From NCBI RefSeq assembly GCF_963921235.1, contig NC_086108.1, forward strand, positions 7,812,001-7,876,000: DNA of 64,000 nucleotides. The letters run 5' to 3'. The stretch's first letter is position 1. Each line of letters opens with the position of its first letter. The notes under the pieces were generated by a model. The model saw only the letters and a program-made list of their open reading frames with translations. It did not search any database and had not been told where the DNA came from. The translations under genes and the position numbers were made by a program. Below are positions 13,000-23,984 of this stretch, piece by piece. The stretch is from Mobula hypostoma. Taxonomy: Eukaryota.

Positions 13000-15900
13000 T
13001 CTCTCTCCCTCTCTCCCTCTCTCTCTCCCTCTCTCTCCCTCCCTCTCCCTCTCTCTCTCCCTCTCTCTCTCTCTCTCCTCTCTCTCCCTCTCTCTCTCCC
13101 TCTCTCTCCCTCTCTCCCTCTCTCCCTCTCTCTCTCCCTCTCTCTCCCTCTCTCTCTCCCTCTCTCTCTCTCTCTCTCCCTCTCTCTCTCCCTCTCTCCC
13201 TCTCTCTCTCCCTCTCTCCCTCTCTCTCTCCCTCTCTCTCCCTCCCTCTCCCTCTCTCCCTCCCTCTCCCTCTCTCTCTCCCTCTCTCTCTCTCTCTCCC
13301 TCTCTCCCTCTCTCTCTCCCTCTCTCTCCCTCTCTCTCTCCCTCTCTCTCCCTCTCTCTCTCCCTCTCTCCCTCTCTCTCTCCCTCTCTCCCTCTCCCTC
13401 TCCCTCTCTCTCTCCCTCTCTCTCTCCCTCTCTCTCCCCCTCTCTCCCTCTCTCTCTCCCTCTCTCTCCCCCTCTCTCTCCCTCTCTCCCTCCCTCTCCC
13501 TCTCTCTCTCCCTCTCTGTCTCTCTCTCTCCCTCTCTCTCTCCCTCTCTGTCTCTCTCTCCCTCTCTCTCTCTCTCCCTCTCTCCCTCTCTCTCTCCCTC
13601 TCTCCCTCTCTCTCTCCCTCTCTCTCCCTCCCTCTCCCTCTCTCTCTCCCTCTCTCCCTCTCTCTCTCTCCCTCTCTCTCTCCCTCTCTGTCTCTCTCTC
13701 CCTCTCTCCCTCTCTCTCTCCCTCCCTCTCCCTCTCTCTCTCCCTCTCTCTCTCCCTCTCTCTCCCTCTCTCTCTCCCTCTCTCCCTCTCTCTCCCTCTC
13801 TCTCTCTCTCTCTCCCTCTCTCCCTCTCTCTCTCCCTCTCTCTCTCCCTCTCTCCCTCTCTCTCTCCCTCTCTCTCTCCCCCTCCCTCTCTCTCCCTCTC
13901 TCTCTCCCCTCTCTCTCTCCCCCTCTCTCTCCCTCTCTCCCCCTCTCTCCCTCTCTCTCTCCCTCTCTCTCTCCCTCTCTCTCCCTCTCTCTCTCCCTCT
14001 CTCCCTCTCTCTCCCCCTCTCTCTCCCTCTCTCCCTCTCTCCCTCTCTCTCTCCCTCTCTCTCTCCCTCTCTCCCTCTCTCTCTCCCTCTCTCTCTCCCC
14101 CTCCCTCTCTCTCCCTCTCTCTCTCCCCTCTCTCTCTCCCCCTCTCTCTCCCTCTCTCCCCCTCTCTCCCTCTCTCTCTCCCCCTCCCTCTCTCTCTCTC
14201 TCCTCTCTCTCTCTCCCTCCCTCTCTCTCCCTCCCTCTCTCTCCCTCCCTCTCTCTCCCTCTCTCCCTCTCTCTCTCCCTCTCTCTCTCCCTCTCTCCCT
14301 CTCTCTCTCCCTCTCTCTCTCCCCCTCCCTCTCTCTCCCTCTCTCTCTCCCTCTCTCTCTCCCTCTCTCTCCCTCTCTCTCTCCCTCTCTCCCTCTCTCT
14401 CCCCCTCTCTCTCCCTCTCTCCCTCTCTCCCTCTCTCTCTCCCTCTCTCTCTCCCTCTCTCCCTCTCTCTCTCCCTCTCTCTCTCCCCCTCCCTCTCCCT
14501 CTACCTCTCTCCCCTCTCTCTCTCCCCCTCTCTCTCCCTCTCTCCCCCTCTCGCCCTCTCTCTCCCTCTCTCTCCCCTCTCTCTCTCCCCCTCCCTCTCT
14601 CTCTCTCTCCTCTCTCTCTCTCCCTCCCTCTCTCTCCCTCCCTCTCTCTCCCTCCCTCTCTCTCCCTCCCTCTCTCTCCCTCTCTCTCCCTCTCTCTCTC
14701 TCCCTCTCTCCCCCTCCCTCTCTCTCTCTCTCTCTCTCTCCCTCTCTCCCCCACCTCTCTCTCCTCTCTCTCTCTCCCTCCCTCTCTCTCCCTCCCTCTC
14801 TCTCCCTCTCAATCTTTCTCCCCCTCTGACTCCTCTCTCTCTCATTCTCTCCCTCTCGCTTTCTCTCCCTTACTTTCTCTCTCTCCTGCTCTCTCTCTCC
14901 CTCTCTCCCTCTCTCTCCCTCACTCCCTCTCTCTTGCTCTCTCTCACCCTCCCTCTCTCTCCCTCTCTCACTCCCCCTCTCTCTCACCCTCTCTCTCCCT
15001 CTCTCTCCCACTCGCTCTCTCCCCCTCTCTCACCCTCTCTCCCTCCCTCCCTCTCTCTCTCTCCCTCTCTCTCCCCCTCTCCCCCACCTCTCTCTCCTCT
15101 CTCTCTCTCCCTCTCTCACTTCCTCCCTCCCCCCCTCTCTCTCTCTCCATCCTTCTCTCCCCCATCTCTCTCTCTACCTCTGTCTCTCTCTCCCCCTCTC
15201 TTTCTTCCTCTCTCTCCCCCTCTCTCTCCCTTTCTCTCCCTTTCTTCCTCTCTCCCTCGCCCTCTCTCTATCCCTTTCTCAGTCTCTCCCTCTCTCCTTC
15301 ACCCCCCTCTCTCTCCCTCCCACCTCTCTCAAACTCTCCCTCCCTCTCCCTCTCTCTCCCCCCCTCCCTCCCTCTCTCTCTCCCTCTCTCTGTCCCTCTC
15401 TCTCTCCCCTTCTCTTTCTTCCTCTCTCTCCCCTTCTCTTTCTTCCTCTCTCTCCCCCTCTCTCTCCCTTGCTCTCCCTTTCTCCCTCTCTCCCTCGCCC
15501 TCTCTCTCTCCCTCGCCCTCTCTCTCTCCCTCTCCTCCCTCACTCTCTCCCCCTCTCTCTCCCTCCCTGCCTCTCTCAAACTTTCCCTCCCTCTCCCTCT
15601 CTCCGTCTTTCTCCATTGCTCCCTCTCTCCCTCTATTCCGCTCCCTCTCTCCCTCTCTCCCTCTCTCTCTCCTTCTCTCTCTCCCTCTCTCCCTCTCCCA
15701 CTCTCTCCCTCTCTCTCTCCTTCTCTCACTCTCTCTCTCCCCCTCTCCCCCACCTCTCTAACCTTCTCTCTCTCTCCCTCACTCTCCCTCTCTCTCCCCG
15801 TACCCCCTCTCTTTCTCCCTCTCTCTCTCTCCCTCCCTCTGTCTCCCCCTCTCGGTCTGAACCTCTCTCTCTCCTTTTCTCTCTCTCCCTCTCGCTCCCC

Positions 15901-18900
15901 CCACCCCTTCTCTCTCTCGCTCTCTCTCTCTACCTCCCTCTCTCTCTCTCCCTCTCGGTCTGAACCTCTCTCTCTCCTACTCTCTCTCTCTCTCCCTCTC
16001 TCTCTCCCATCTCTCTCTCCCTCTCTCTCTCCCTCCCTCTCTCTCCCCCTCTCCTCCTCTCTCTCCCCTCTCTCTCCCTCTTTCTCTCTCTCTCCCTCCC
16101 TCACTCTCTCTCTCCCTCTCTCTGTCCCTCTCTCTCGCCCCCTCTCTCTCCCTTTCTCTCCCTTTCTCCCTCTCTCCCTCGCCCTCTCTCTCTCCCTCTC
16201 CTCCCTCACTCTCTCCCTCTCTCTCTCCCCCCCTCTCTCCCTCCCTGCCGCTCTCAAACTTTCCCTCCCTCTCCCTCTCTCTCCCCTCTCTCTCCCTCTC
16301 TCCATCTTTCTCCAGTGCTCCCTCTCTCCCTCTATCCCGCTCCCTCTCTCTGTCTCTCCCTTTCTCTCTCCCCCTCTCTCTCCCTCTCTCTCTCTCCCCC
16401 TCTCCCCCACCTCTCTCTCCTTCTCTCACTCTCTCTCTCCCCCTCTCCCCCACCTCTCTAACCTTCTCTCTCTCTCCCTCACTCTCCCTCTCTCACCCCT
16501 ACCCCCTCTCTTTCTCCCTCTCTCTCTCTCTCCCTCTCTCTGTCTCTCTCTCTCTCCCCTTCTCTTACTTCCTCTCTCTCCCCCTCTCTCCCTTACTCTC
16601 CCTTTTTCCCTCTCTCCCTCGCCCTCTCTCTCTCCCTCTCCTCCCTCACTCTCTCCCTCTCTCTCTCCCCCTCTCTCTCCCTCCCTGCCTCTCTCAAACT
16701 TTCCCTCCCTCTCCCTCTCTCTCCCCTCTCTCTCCCTCTCTCCGTCTTTCTCCATTGCTCCCTCTCTCCCTCTATTCCGCTCCCTCTCTCCCTCTCTCTC
16801 TCCTTCTCTCTCTCCCTCTCTCCCTCTCCCACTCTCTCCCTCTCTCTAACCTTCTCTCTCTCTCCCTCACTCTCCCTCTCTCTCCCCCTAGCCCCTCTCT
16901 TTCTCCCTCTCTCTCTCTCCCTCCCTCTCTCTCCCCCTCTCGGTCTGAACCTCTCTCTCTCCTACTCTCTCTCTCTCCCTCTCTCTCTCCCATCTCTCTC
17001 TCCCTCTCTCTCCCTCCCTCTCTCTCCCCCTCTCCTCCTCTCTCTCCCCCTCTCCTCCTCTCTCTCCCCTCTCTCTCCCTTTCTCTCCCTCCCTCCCTCT
17101 CTCCCTTTCCCTCTCCCTCTCCCCCCTCTCTCTCCCTCCTTCTCTCTCTCTCCCTCCCTCCCTCTCTCTCTCCCTCTCTCTCCCTCTCTCTGTCCCTCTC
17201 TCTCTCCCCCTCTCTCTCCCTTTCTCTCCCTTTCTCCCTCTCTCCCTCGCCCTCTCTCTCTCCCTCTCCTCCCTCACTCTCTCCCTCTCTCTCTCCCCCC
17301 TCTCTCCCTCCCTGCCGCTCTCAAACTTTCCCTCCTTCTCCCTCTCTCTCCCCTCTCTCTCCCTCTCTCCATCTTTCTCCATTGCTCCCTCTCTCCCTCT
17401 ATCCCGCTCCCTCTCTCTGTCTCTCCCTTTCTCTCTCCCTCTTTCTCTCCCTCTCTCTCTCTCTCCCCCTCTCCCCCACCTCTCTCTCCTTCTCTCTCTC
17501 TCTCTCTCTCTCCCCCTCTCCCCCACCTCTCTAACCTTCTCTCTCTCTCCCTCACTCTCCCTCTCTCTCCCCCTACCCCCTCTCTTTCTCCCTCTCTCTC
17601 TCTCCCTCCCTCTCTCTCCCCCTCTCGGTCTGAACCTCTCTCTCTCCTTTTCTCTCTCTCCCTCTCTCTCTCCCCCCCCCTATCTCCCCCTCTCTCTCTC
17701 TCTCTCCCCCTCTCCCTCTCTATCCCTCTCTCTCTCCTTCGCTCTGTCTCCCTCTCTCCCTCTCCCTCTCTCTCTCCCCCTCTCTCCCTTTCTCTCCCTC
17801 CCTCCCTCTCTCCCTGTCCCCTCTCTCTCTCCCACTGTCTCTCTCCCTCTCTATCTCTCTCCCTCTCTCCCTCTCTCTCTCCCTGTCCCCCTCTCTCTCT
17901 CCCACTGTCTCTCTCCCTCTCTATCTCTCTCCCTCTCTCCCTCTCTCTCTCCCTGTCCCCCTCTCTCTCTCCCACTGTCTCTCTCCCTCTCTATCTCTCT
18001 CCCTCTCTCCCTCTCTCTCTCCCTGTCCCCCTCTCTCTCTCCCACTGTCTCTCTCCCTCTCTATCTCTCTCCCTCTCTCTCTCTCCCTCCCTCCCTCCCT
18101 CCCTCTCTCTCTCATTTCTCTCCAACCCTCTCTCCCTCTCTCCCTCTCTTCCTCTCTCTCTCTCCCCCCTCTCACTATCTCACTCCCTCTCCCCCTCTCT
18201 CTCCCTCCCTCTCTCTCTCTCCCTCTCACCCTCTCTCTCCCTCTCTCTCCCTCTCTCTCTTCCTCTTCCCCCTCTCTCCCACACTCCCTCTCTCTCCCTC
18301 TCTCACACCCTCTCTCTCCCTCTCTCTCCCTCTCTGTATCTCGCTCTCCCTCTGTCACTCTCTCTCTCCTCTCTCTCTCTCCCTCTGTCTCCCCCCTCAC
18401 TCTCTCTCTCTCTCACTGTCTCTCTCTCCCTCCCTCTCTCTCTCCCCCTCTCCCCCTCTCTCTCTCCCTCTCTCGCACTCTCTCTCCCTCTCTCTCCCCT
18501 CTCTCCTCTCTCTCTCCCCCTGTCTCTCACTTTCTCTCCCTCCCTCCCTCTCTCCCTCTCTCTCTCCCTGTCCCCCTCTCTCTCTCCCACATTCTCTCTC
18601 CCTCTCTCTCTCCCTCCCTCCCTCTCTCTCTCCCTCTCTCCCTCTCTTCCTCTCTCTCACTCTCCCTCTCCCTCTCTCCCCCTCTCTCTCTCCTCTCTGT
18701 CTCTCTCTCCCTCTCTCTCCCCCTCTCTCCTTCTCTTCTCTCCCCTCTCTCTCCCTTTCTCTCCCTCCCTCCCTCTCCCCCTCTCTCTCTCCCTGTCTCT
18801 CTCTCCCTCTCTCTCTCCCCCTCTCTCCCTCTCTCTATCCCTCTCTCTCCCTCTCTCCCTCGCCCTCTCTCCCTCTCCCTCTCTCTCTCCCCCTCTCCCC

Positions 18901-20659
18901 CTCTCTCTCTCCCTCTCTCTCCAGCTCTCTCTCCCTCTCTGTCTCTCCCCCTCTCTCTCCCTCTCTCTCCCCCTCTCCCTCTGTCTGTCTCTCCCTCTCT
19001 CTCTCTCTCTCCCTCTCTCTCTCCCCCCCCTCTCTCTCCCTCTCTCTCTCTCCCTCTCTCTCTCCCTCCCTCTCTCTATCCCTCTCTCTCCCTCTCTCCC
19101 TCGCCCTCTCTCCCTCTCCCTCTCTCTCTCCCCCTCTCCCCCTCTCTCTCTCCCTCTCTCTCCCCCTCTCCCTCTGTCTGTCTCTCCCTCTCTCTCTCCC
19201 CCTCTCCCCCTCTCTCTCTCCCTCTCTCTCCCCCTCTCCCTCTGTCTGTCTCTCCCTCTCTCTCTCCCCCCTCTCTCTCCCTCTCTCTCTCTCCCTCTCT
19301 CTCTCCCTCCCTCTCTCTCTCCCTCTCCCTCTCTCTCTCCCCCTCTCTCTCTCTCCCTCTCTCTTTCTTCCTCTCTCTCTCCCGCTCTCTCTCCCTCCCT
19401 CTCTCCCCCCATCTCTCTCTCTCTACCTCACTCCCCTCCTCTCTGTCTCTTGCTCTCCCTCCCTCTGTCTCTCTCTCTCTCCCTCTCTCTCTCTCCCTCT
19501 CTCCCTCTCTCTCTCTCCCTCTCTCTCTCCCTCGCTCTGTCTCTCTCTCTCCCTCCCTCTCTTCCCCATCTCTCTCTCTCTCTACCTCACTCTCCCCCTC
19601 TCTGTCTCTCGCTCTCCCTCTGTCTCTCTCTCCCCCTCTCACCCTCGCTCTCCCTCCCTCCCTCTCTCACCCTCTCTCTCTCCTTCTCTCTGCCTCCCTC
19701 CCTCTCTCTCTCCCTCTCTCTCTCCCTCTCTGTCTCTTGCTCTCCCTCTGTCTCTCTCCCCCTCTCTCACTCTCTCTCCTCTCTCTCTCCCTCTCTCTCT
19801 CTCTCTCCCATTCTCTGTCCTGCTCTCCCACTCTCTCTCTCCCCCTCTCACTCTCCCTCTCTCTCTCTCACTCACTGTCTCTCTCTCTCTCCCCCTCTCT
19901 CACTCTCTCTCTCCCTCTCTCTCCCCCCTCCTCTCTCTCTCTTCCTCTCTCATTCTCTCCCTCACTCTCTCTCTCCCTCTCTCTCGCTCTCTCTCGCCCT
20001 CTCTCTCTCCCTCTCTCTCTCCCTCCCTTCTCACTCCCTTTCTCTCTCCCTCTCTCTCTCCCTGTCTCTACCCCTCTCACCCACCTCTCTGTCCCTGTCT
20101 CTCTCTCTCTCCCCCCTCCCTCCCCCTCTCTCCCTCCCTCCCTCCCACTCTCTCCCCCTCTCTCTCTCCTCTCTCCCTCCCTCTCCCTCTCTCTCCCCCT
20201 CTCTCTCTCTCCCTCTCTGTCTCCTCTCTCTTTCTCCGTCCCTCACTCCCTCCCTCTGCCCCCTCTCTCTCCCTCTCTCTCTCTCCCTCATTTCTCACTC
20301 CCTCTCTGTCTCCTCTCTCTCTCCCTCTCTCTCTTCCTCTCTCCCTCTCTCTCTTCCTCTCTCCCTCTCTCTCTCCCTCTCTCTCTCCCTCTCTCCCTCT
20401 CTCTCTCCCACTCCCTCCCTCTCTCTGTCCCCTCTCTCGCTCTCTCTCTGTCTCTCACTCTCTCTCTCCCTCCCTCTCTCTGGCTCCCTCTCTCTCTCTC
20501 TCCCTCTGTCTCTCCCTCTCTCTCACTCCCCCCTCTCTCTCTCCCTCTCTCTCTCCCTCTCTCTCTCTTTCTCTCTCTCTCCCTCTCTCTCTCTCCCTCC
20601 CTCTCTCTCGCTCCCTCTCTCTCTCTCCCTCTCTCTCTCCCTCTCTCTCACTCCCCCCC

Positions 20660-20727
<68 letters not shown>

Positions 20728-20732
20728 CTCTC
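1..20732. repeat. Giant polypyrimidine/polypurine (CT/CCCT) low-complexity tract
   Basis: Nearly pure C/T on the + strand. The core (~1740-14500) has almost no purines. The flanks are more degenerate and contain internal duplications. Confidence 0.98.
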
Positions 20733-20899
20733 AATACTGCTGGATCAGAATCTTGGGTAAGGTTTAACTGATGCAATTTGTCGATTGGACTTTGTATCTC
20801 ACGTTAGGATGTTCTTCTCGTCACTCCTATTTTGTTGCTAATTTGTGCAATTTTGGTCAGGGTGTATTATTCCTGCGACCTGCGGATAATGAATGACGA

Positions 20900-21125
20900 A
20901 GAGCTAGATTGTTCTGAACGGAGCTGAACTGAATTTGCCTGGAAGCTTTCAATTTTGTGTTTTATATTCTGTGCTTTCTGCTCTTTTCTGCTGTTGGCGT
21001 GATTTGTTTTTTTTCTTTGCGTGGGGTCGAGGTTTGATGATTTTCTTTGTTTCGTGGCTGTCTGTGGGAAGTCGAATCCCAGGGTTGTGCACTGTAATAA
21101 ATGTACTTCGAAGGATTCCTTGCTG
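20900..21125 (+). mobile_element. Interspersed repeat (LINE 3'-tail-like family). Related copies at ~22950-23190, ~36130-36530 (-), ~53430-53800 (-), ~56060-56390
   Basis: Recurring gaactgaa...tttttctttg...catggc...aatctcagg...gtac...ataataaat motif series across the window. Confidence 0.5.
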
Positions 21126-21171
21126 AATATCTTGATCACGTTCTAACCAACGTGTAAACCCCTCCTCTGCG

Positions 21172-21690
21172 TCAGAATCATCAGCTTTAATATCGTCGGC
21201 ATGCGTTGTGAAATTTGTTACCTTTGTAGCAGCGGTTCAATGCAATGCATGATAATATAGGGAAAAAATCTGTGAATTACGGTAAAAATATATAATAGTT
21301 AAATTAAATAAGTAGTGCAAAAATAGAAATAAAGAAGTGAGGTAGTGTTCATGGGTTCAGTACCTATTCAGAAATCGGATGGCGGAGGGGAAGAAGCCGT
21401 TCCTGAATTGTTGAGTGTGTGTCTTCAGGCTCCTGTACCTCCTCCCTGATGAGAAGAGGGCATGTCCTGGGTGATGGGGTCCTTAATGATGGATGCCGCC
21501 TTTTTGAGGCATTGCTCCTTGAAAATGTCCCGGATACTACGGAGGCTGGTGTCCACAATGGAGCTGACTGAGTTTACAACCCTCTGCAGCTTATTTCGAT
21601 CCTGTGCAGTAGCCACCCACCACCCCCGCCCATACCAGGTGGTGATGCAGCCAGTCAGAATGCTCTCCACCGTACATCTGTAGAAATCAT
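21172..21690 (-). mobile_element. Rex1/Babar-type LINE 3' fragment
   Basis: Minus translation ESILTGCITTWYG...DRNKLQRVV...KAASIIKDP; recurs elsewhere in the window. Confidence 0.75.
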
Positions 21691-21993
21691 CAGTCAGGGT
21701 TCAATTCCTGCATCTGATTCTGCCAACAATAGTTGTGTCATTCGCTAATTTATAGATGCATCAATCCCATGCGGACACTTCATCATTTCAAAGTCCTCTA
21801 TTAGGTCACTTTTCAATCTTGCTGTCCCATGCAACAGCATAGCACAGGCCATTCAGCCCTTTGGGTGCCATCCTTTTAACCTACTCTAAGATCAGACTAA
21901 CCCCGGAACAAAGGGTTCCGGCCCGAAATGTCCACCGATCTTTTCCACAGATGCTACCCGACCTGCTGAGTTCCTCCAGCGTGTTGTGAGTGT

Positions 21994-22705
21994 TCATAGT
22001 CATACTTTATTGATCCCGGGGGAGATTGGTTTTCGTTACAGTTGCACCATAAATAATAAATAGTAATAGAACCATAAATAGTTAAATAGTAATACGTAAA
22101 TTATGCCAGTAAATTATGAAATAAGTCCAGGACCAGCCTATTGGCTCAGGGTGTCTGACCCTCCAAGGGAGGAGTTGTAAAGTTTGATGGCCACAGGCAG
22201 GAATGACTTCCTATGACGCTCTGTGTTGCATCTCGGTGGAATGAGTCTCTGGCTGAATGTACTCCTGTGCCCAACCAGTACATTATGTAGTGGATGGGAG
22301 ACATTGTCCAAGATGGCATGCGACTTAGACAGCATCCTCTTTTCAGACACCTTTTCAGGATAGTATACTGCGTACATAATTTGATAACACTGGACAGCAA
22401 AGATTTTGCTTCCTGAATACCTTTGGATGTCTCTTATGGATTTTGGGCTGCTGACCTTGAAAATCACCGTGAAATTTCCCTACTGTCCAGTTCCAACCCC
22501 ACAACATCACTGGCCTTACGAATGAGTTTGTTGATTCTATTGGTGTCCGCTATCCTCAGCCTGCTGCCCCAGCACACAACAGCAAACATGATAGTACTGG
22601 CCACCACAGACTCGTAGAACATCCTCAGCATCGTCCAGCAGATGTTAAAGGACCTCAGTCTCCTCAGGAAATAGAGACGGCTCTGACCCTTCTTGTAGAC
22701 AGATG
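21994..22705 (-). mobile_element. Rex1/Babar-type LINE 3' fragment carrying a 135-bp foreign insertion
   Basis: Minus translation ...AILDNVSHPLH...RLIPPRCNTERHRKSFLPVAIKLYNS; ends in an aataaagtatgactatg tail. Confidence 0.75.
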
Positions 22706-23190
22706 CTTTGACCCCAGCATCTGCAGATTATTTTGTGTTCAGTCTAACCCTTCCCTCCCACACAGCCATTTTCCATCATCCATGTTCCTACCTAAGAGTT
22801 CATTAAATATCCCTAATGTATCAGCCTCGACCACCCTCCCTGGCAGTGCACTCACCACTCTCTGAGTGGGAAAACTTACCTCTGATATCCCCCCTATACT
22901 TCCCTCCAATCGCCTGGTGCTATTGTGGAATTACTGGCACTGCAGCCTGCAGATAATGGATTGAACTGAACTGAATATGCCTAGACCAGTTCATCATTTG
23001 TGGTTTGGTGCTTTATATACTGTGATTTTCACTCCGGTTTTTGCCACCTGCGTGAGTTGTTCTTTTGTTTTTGCACATTGGGGTTTTGATGTTTTTCTTT
23101 GAATGGGTTTCATGATTTTCTTTCTTTGTTTCATGGCCGCCTATGGGAAGATTAATCTCAGGATAGTATACTGCGTACATAATTTGATAA

Positions 23191-23984
23191 CACTGGACAA
23201 CAAAGATTTTGGTTCCTGAATACCTTTGGATGTCTCTTATGGATTTTGGGCTGCTGACCTTGAAAATCACCGTGAAATTTCCCTACTGTCCACCTTTTTT
23301 TCTGAAATTGCCTGTATTTGTTACTTCAATTCATAATTCAAGTCAGAATAACCGATGCCAAGATTAAGGAAGGCATTTTTGTTGGTCCACAATCAAAGAG
23401 GTCATCAATGATAGGTAATTTGAAGAACTTCTAGTGGGACTGGAGAAAATCACATGGAAGGCATTTCAGGATTTGTTGAAAATTCTTTTGGCCAATTATA
23501 GAGCACCAAACTATATGAAGCTGTTTGACAACATGCTTCAAGCATACAAAACCATGAAGTACAACATGTCATAAAGATTCATTTGCTGCATTCCCATTTA
23601 GACTCCCTCCCTGCCAATCTCGATGCTGTCAGTGATGAACATGGTGAAAAGTTTCACCAGGACATTGCGGTCATGGAGAAACTGATTCAAGGCAACTGGA
23701 ATCCATCAACGCTGGCTGACTATTGTTGGACACTTAAGTGAGAAGCCTCAGACACTGAGTACAAACAAAAACCATCAACAAATCACTTTTAGCTTAGTTG
23801 AGCTATTGCAAAGCGTCCACATCATTACGAATTTAAACACATAATATTCAAAACAGTTAATTTCTTGTTTCCTCATGACACAAGTAGTCTGAAATTATAT
23901 TTTTGTGTTCAGCTTCAAGCTATCATAAATTTTAAAAAAAGTTCTGAGGAACCAACAGTTTCGAAAAAAGTTTGCTGTCCAGCA
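23191..23984 (+). mobile_element. Chapaev3-type (CMC superfamily) DNA transposon, internally deleted
   Basis: TIRs cactggacaacaaa...tttgctgtccagca; 3-bp TAA TSD (23188-23190 / 23985-23987); degenerate transposase C-terminus KIKEGIFVGP...HSHLD...AVSDEHGEKFHQDIAVME...LADYCWTL. Confidence 0.75.

Noticed and set aside
63..20771. Long E/R/G- and L/S/P-rich ORFs, including 2322 aa at 7786-14754
   Set aside because: Stop-free by composition in a GA/CT tract; mostly non-ATG starts and no domain content.
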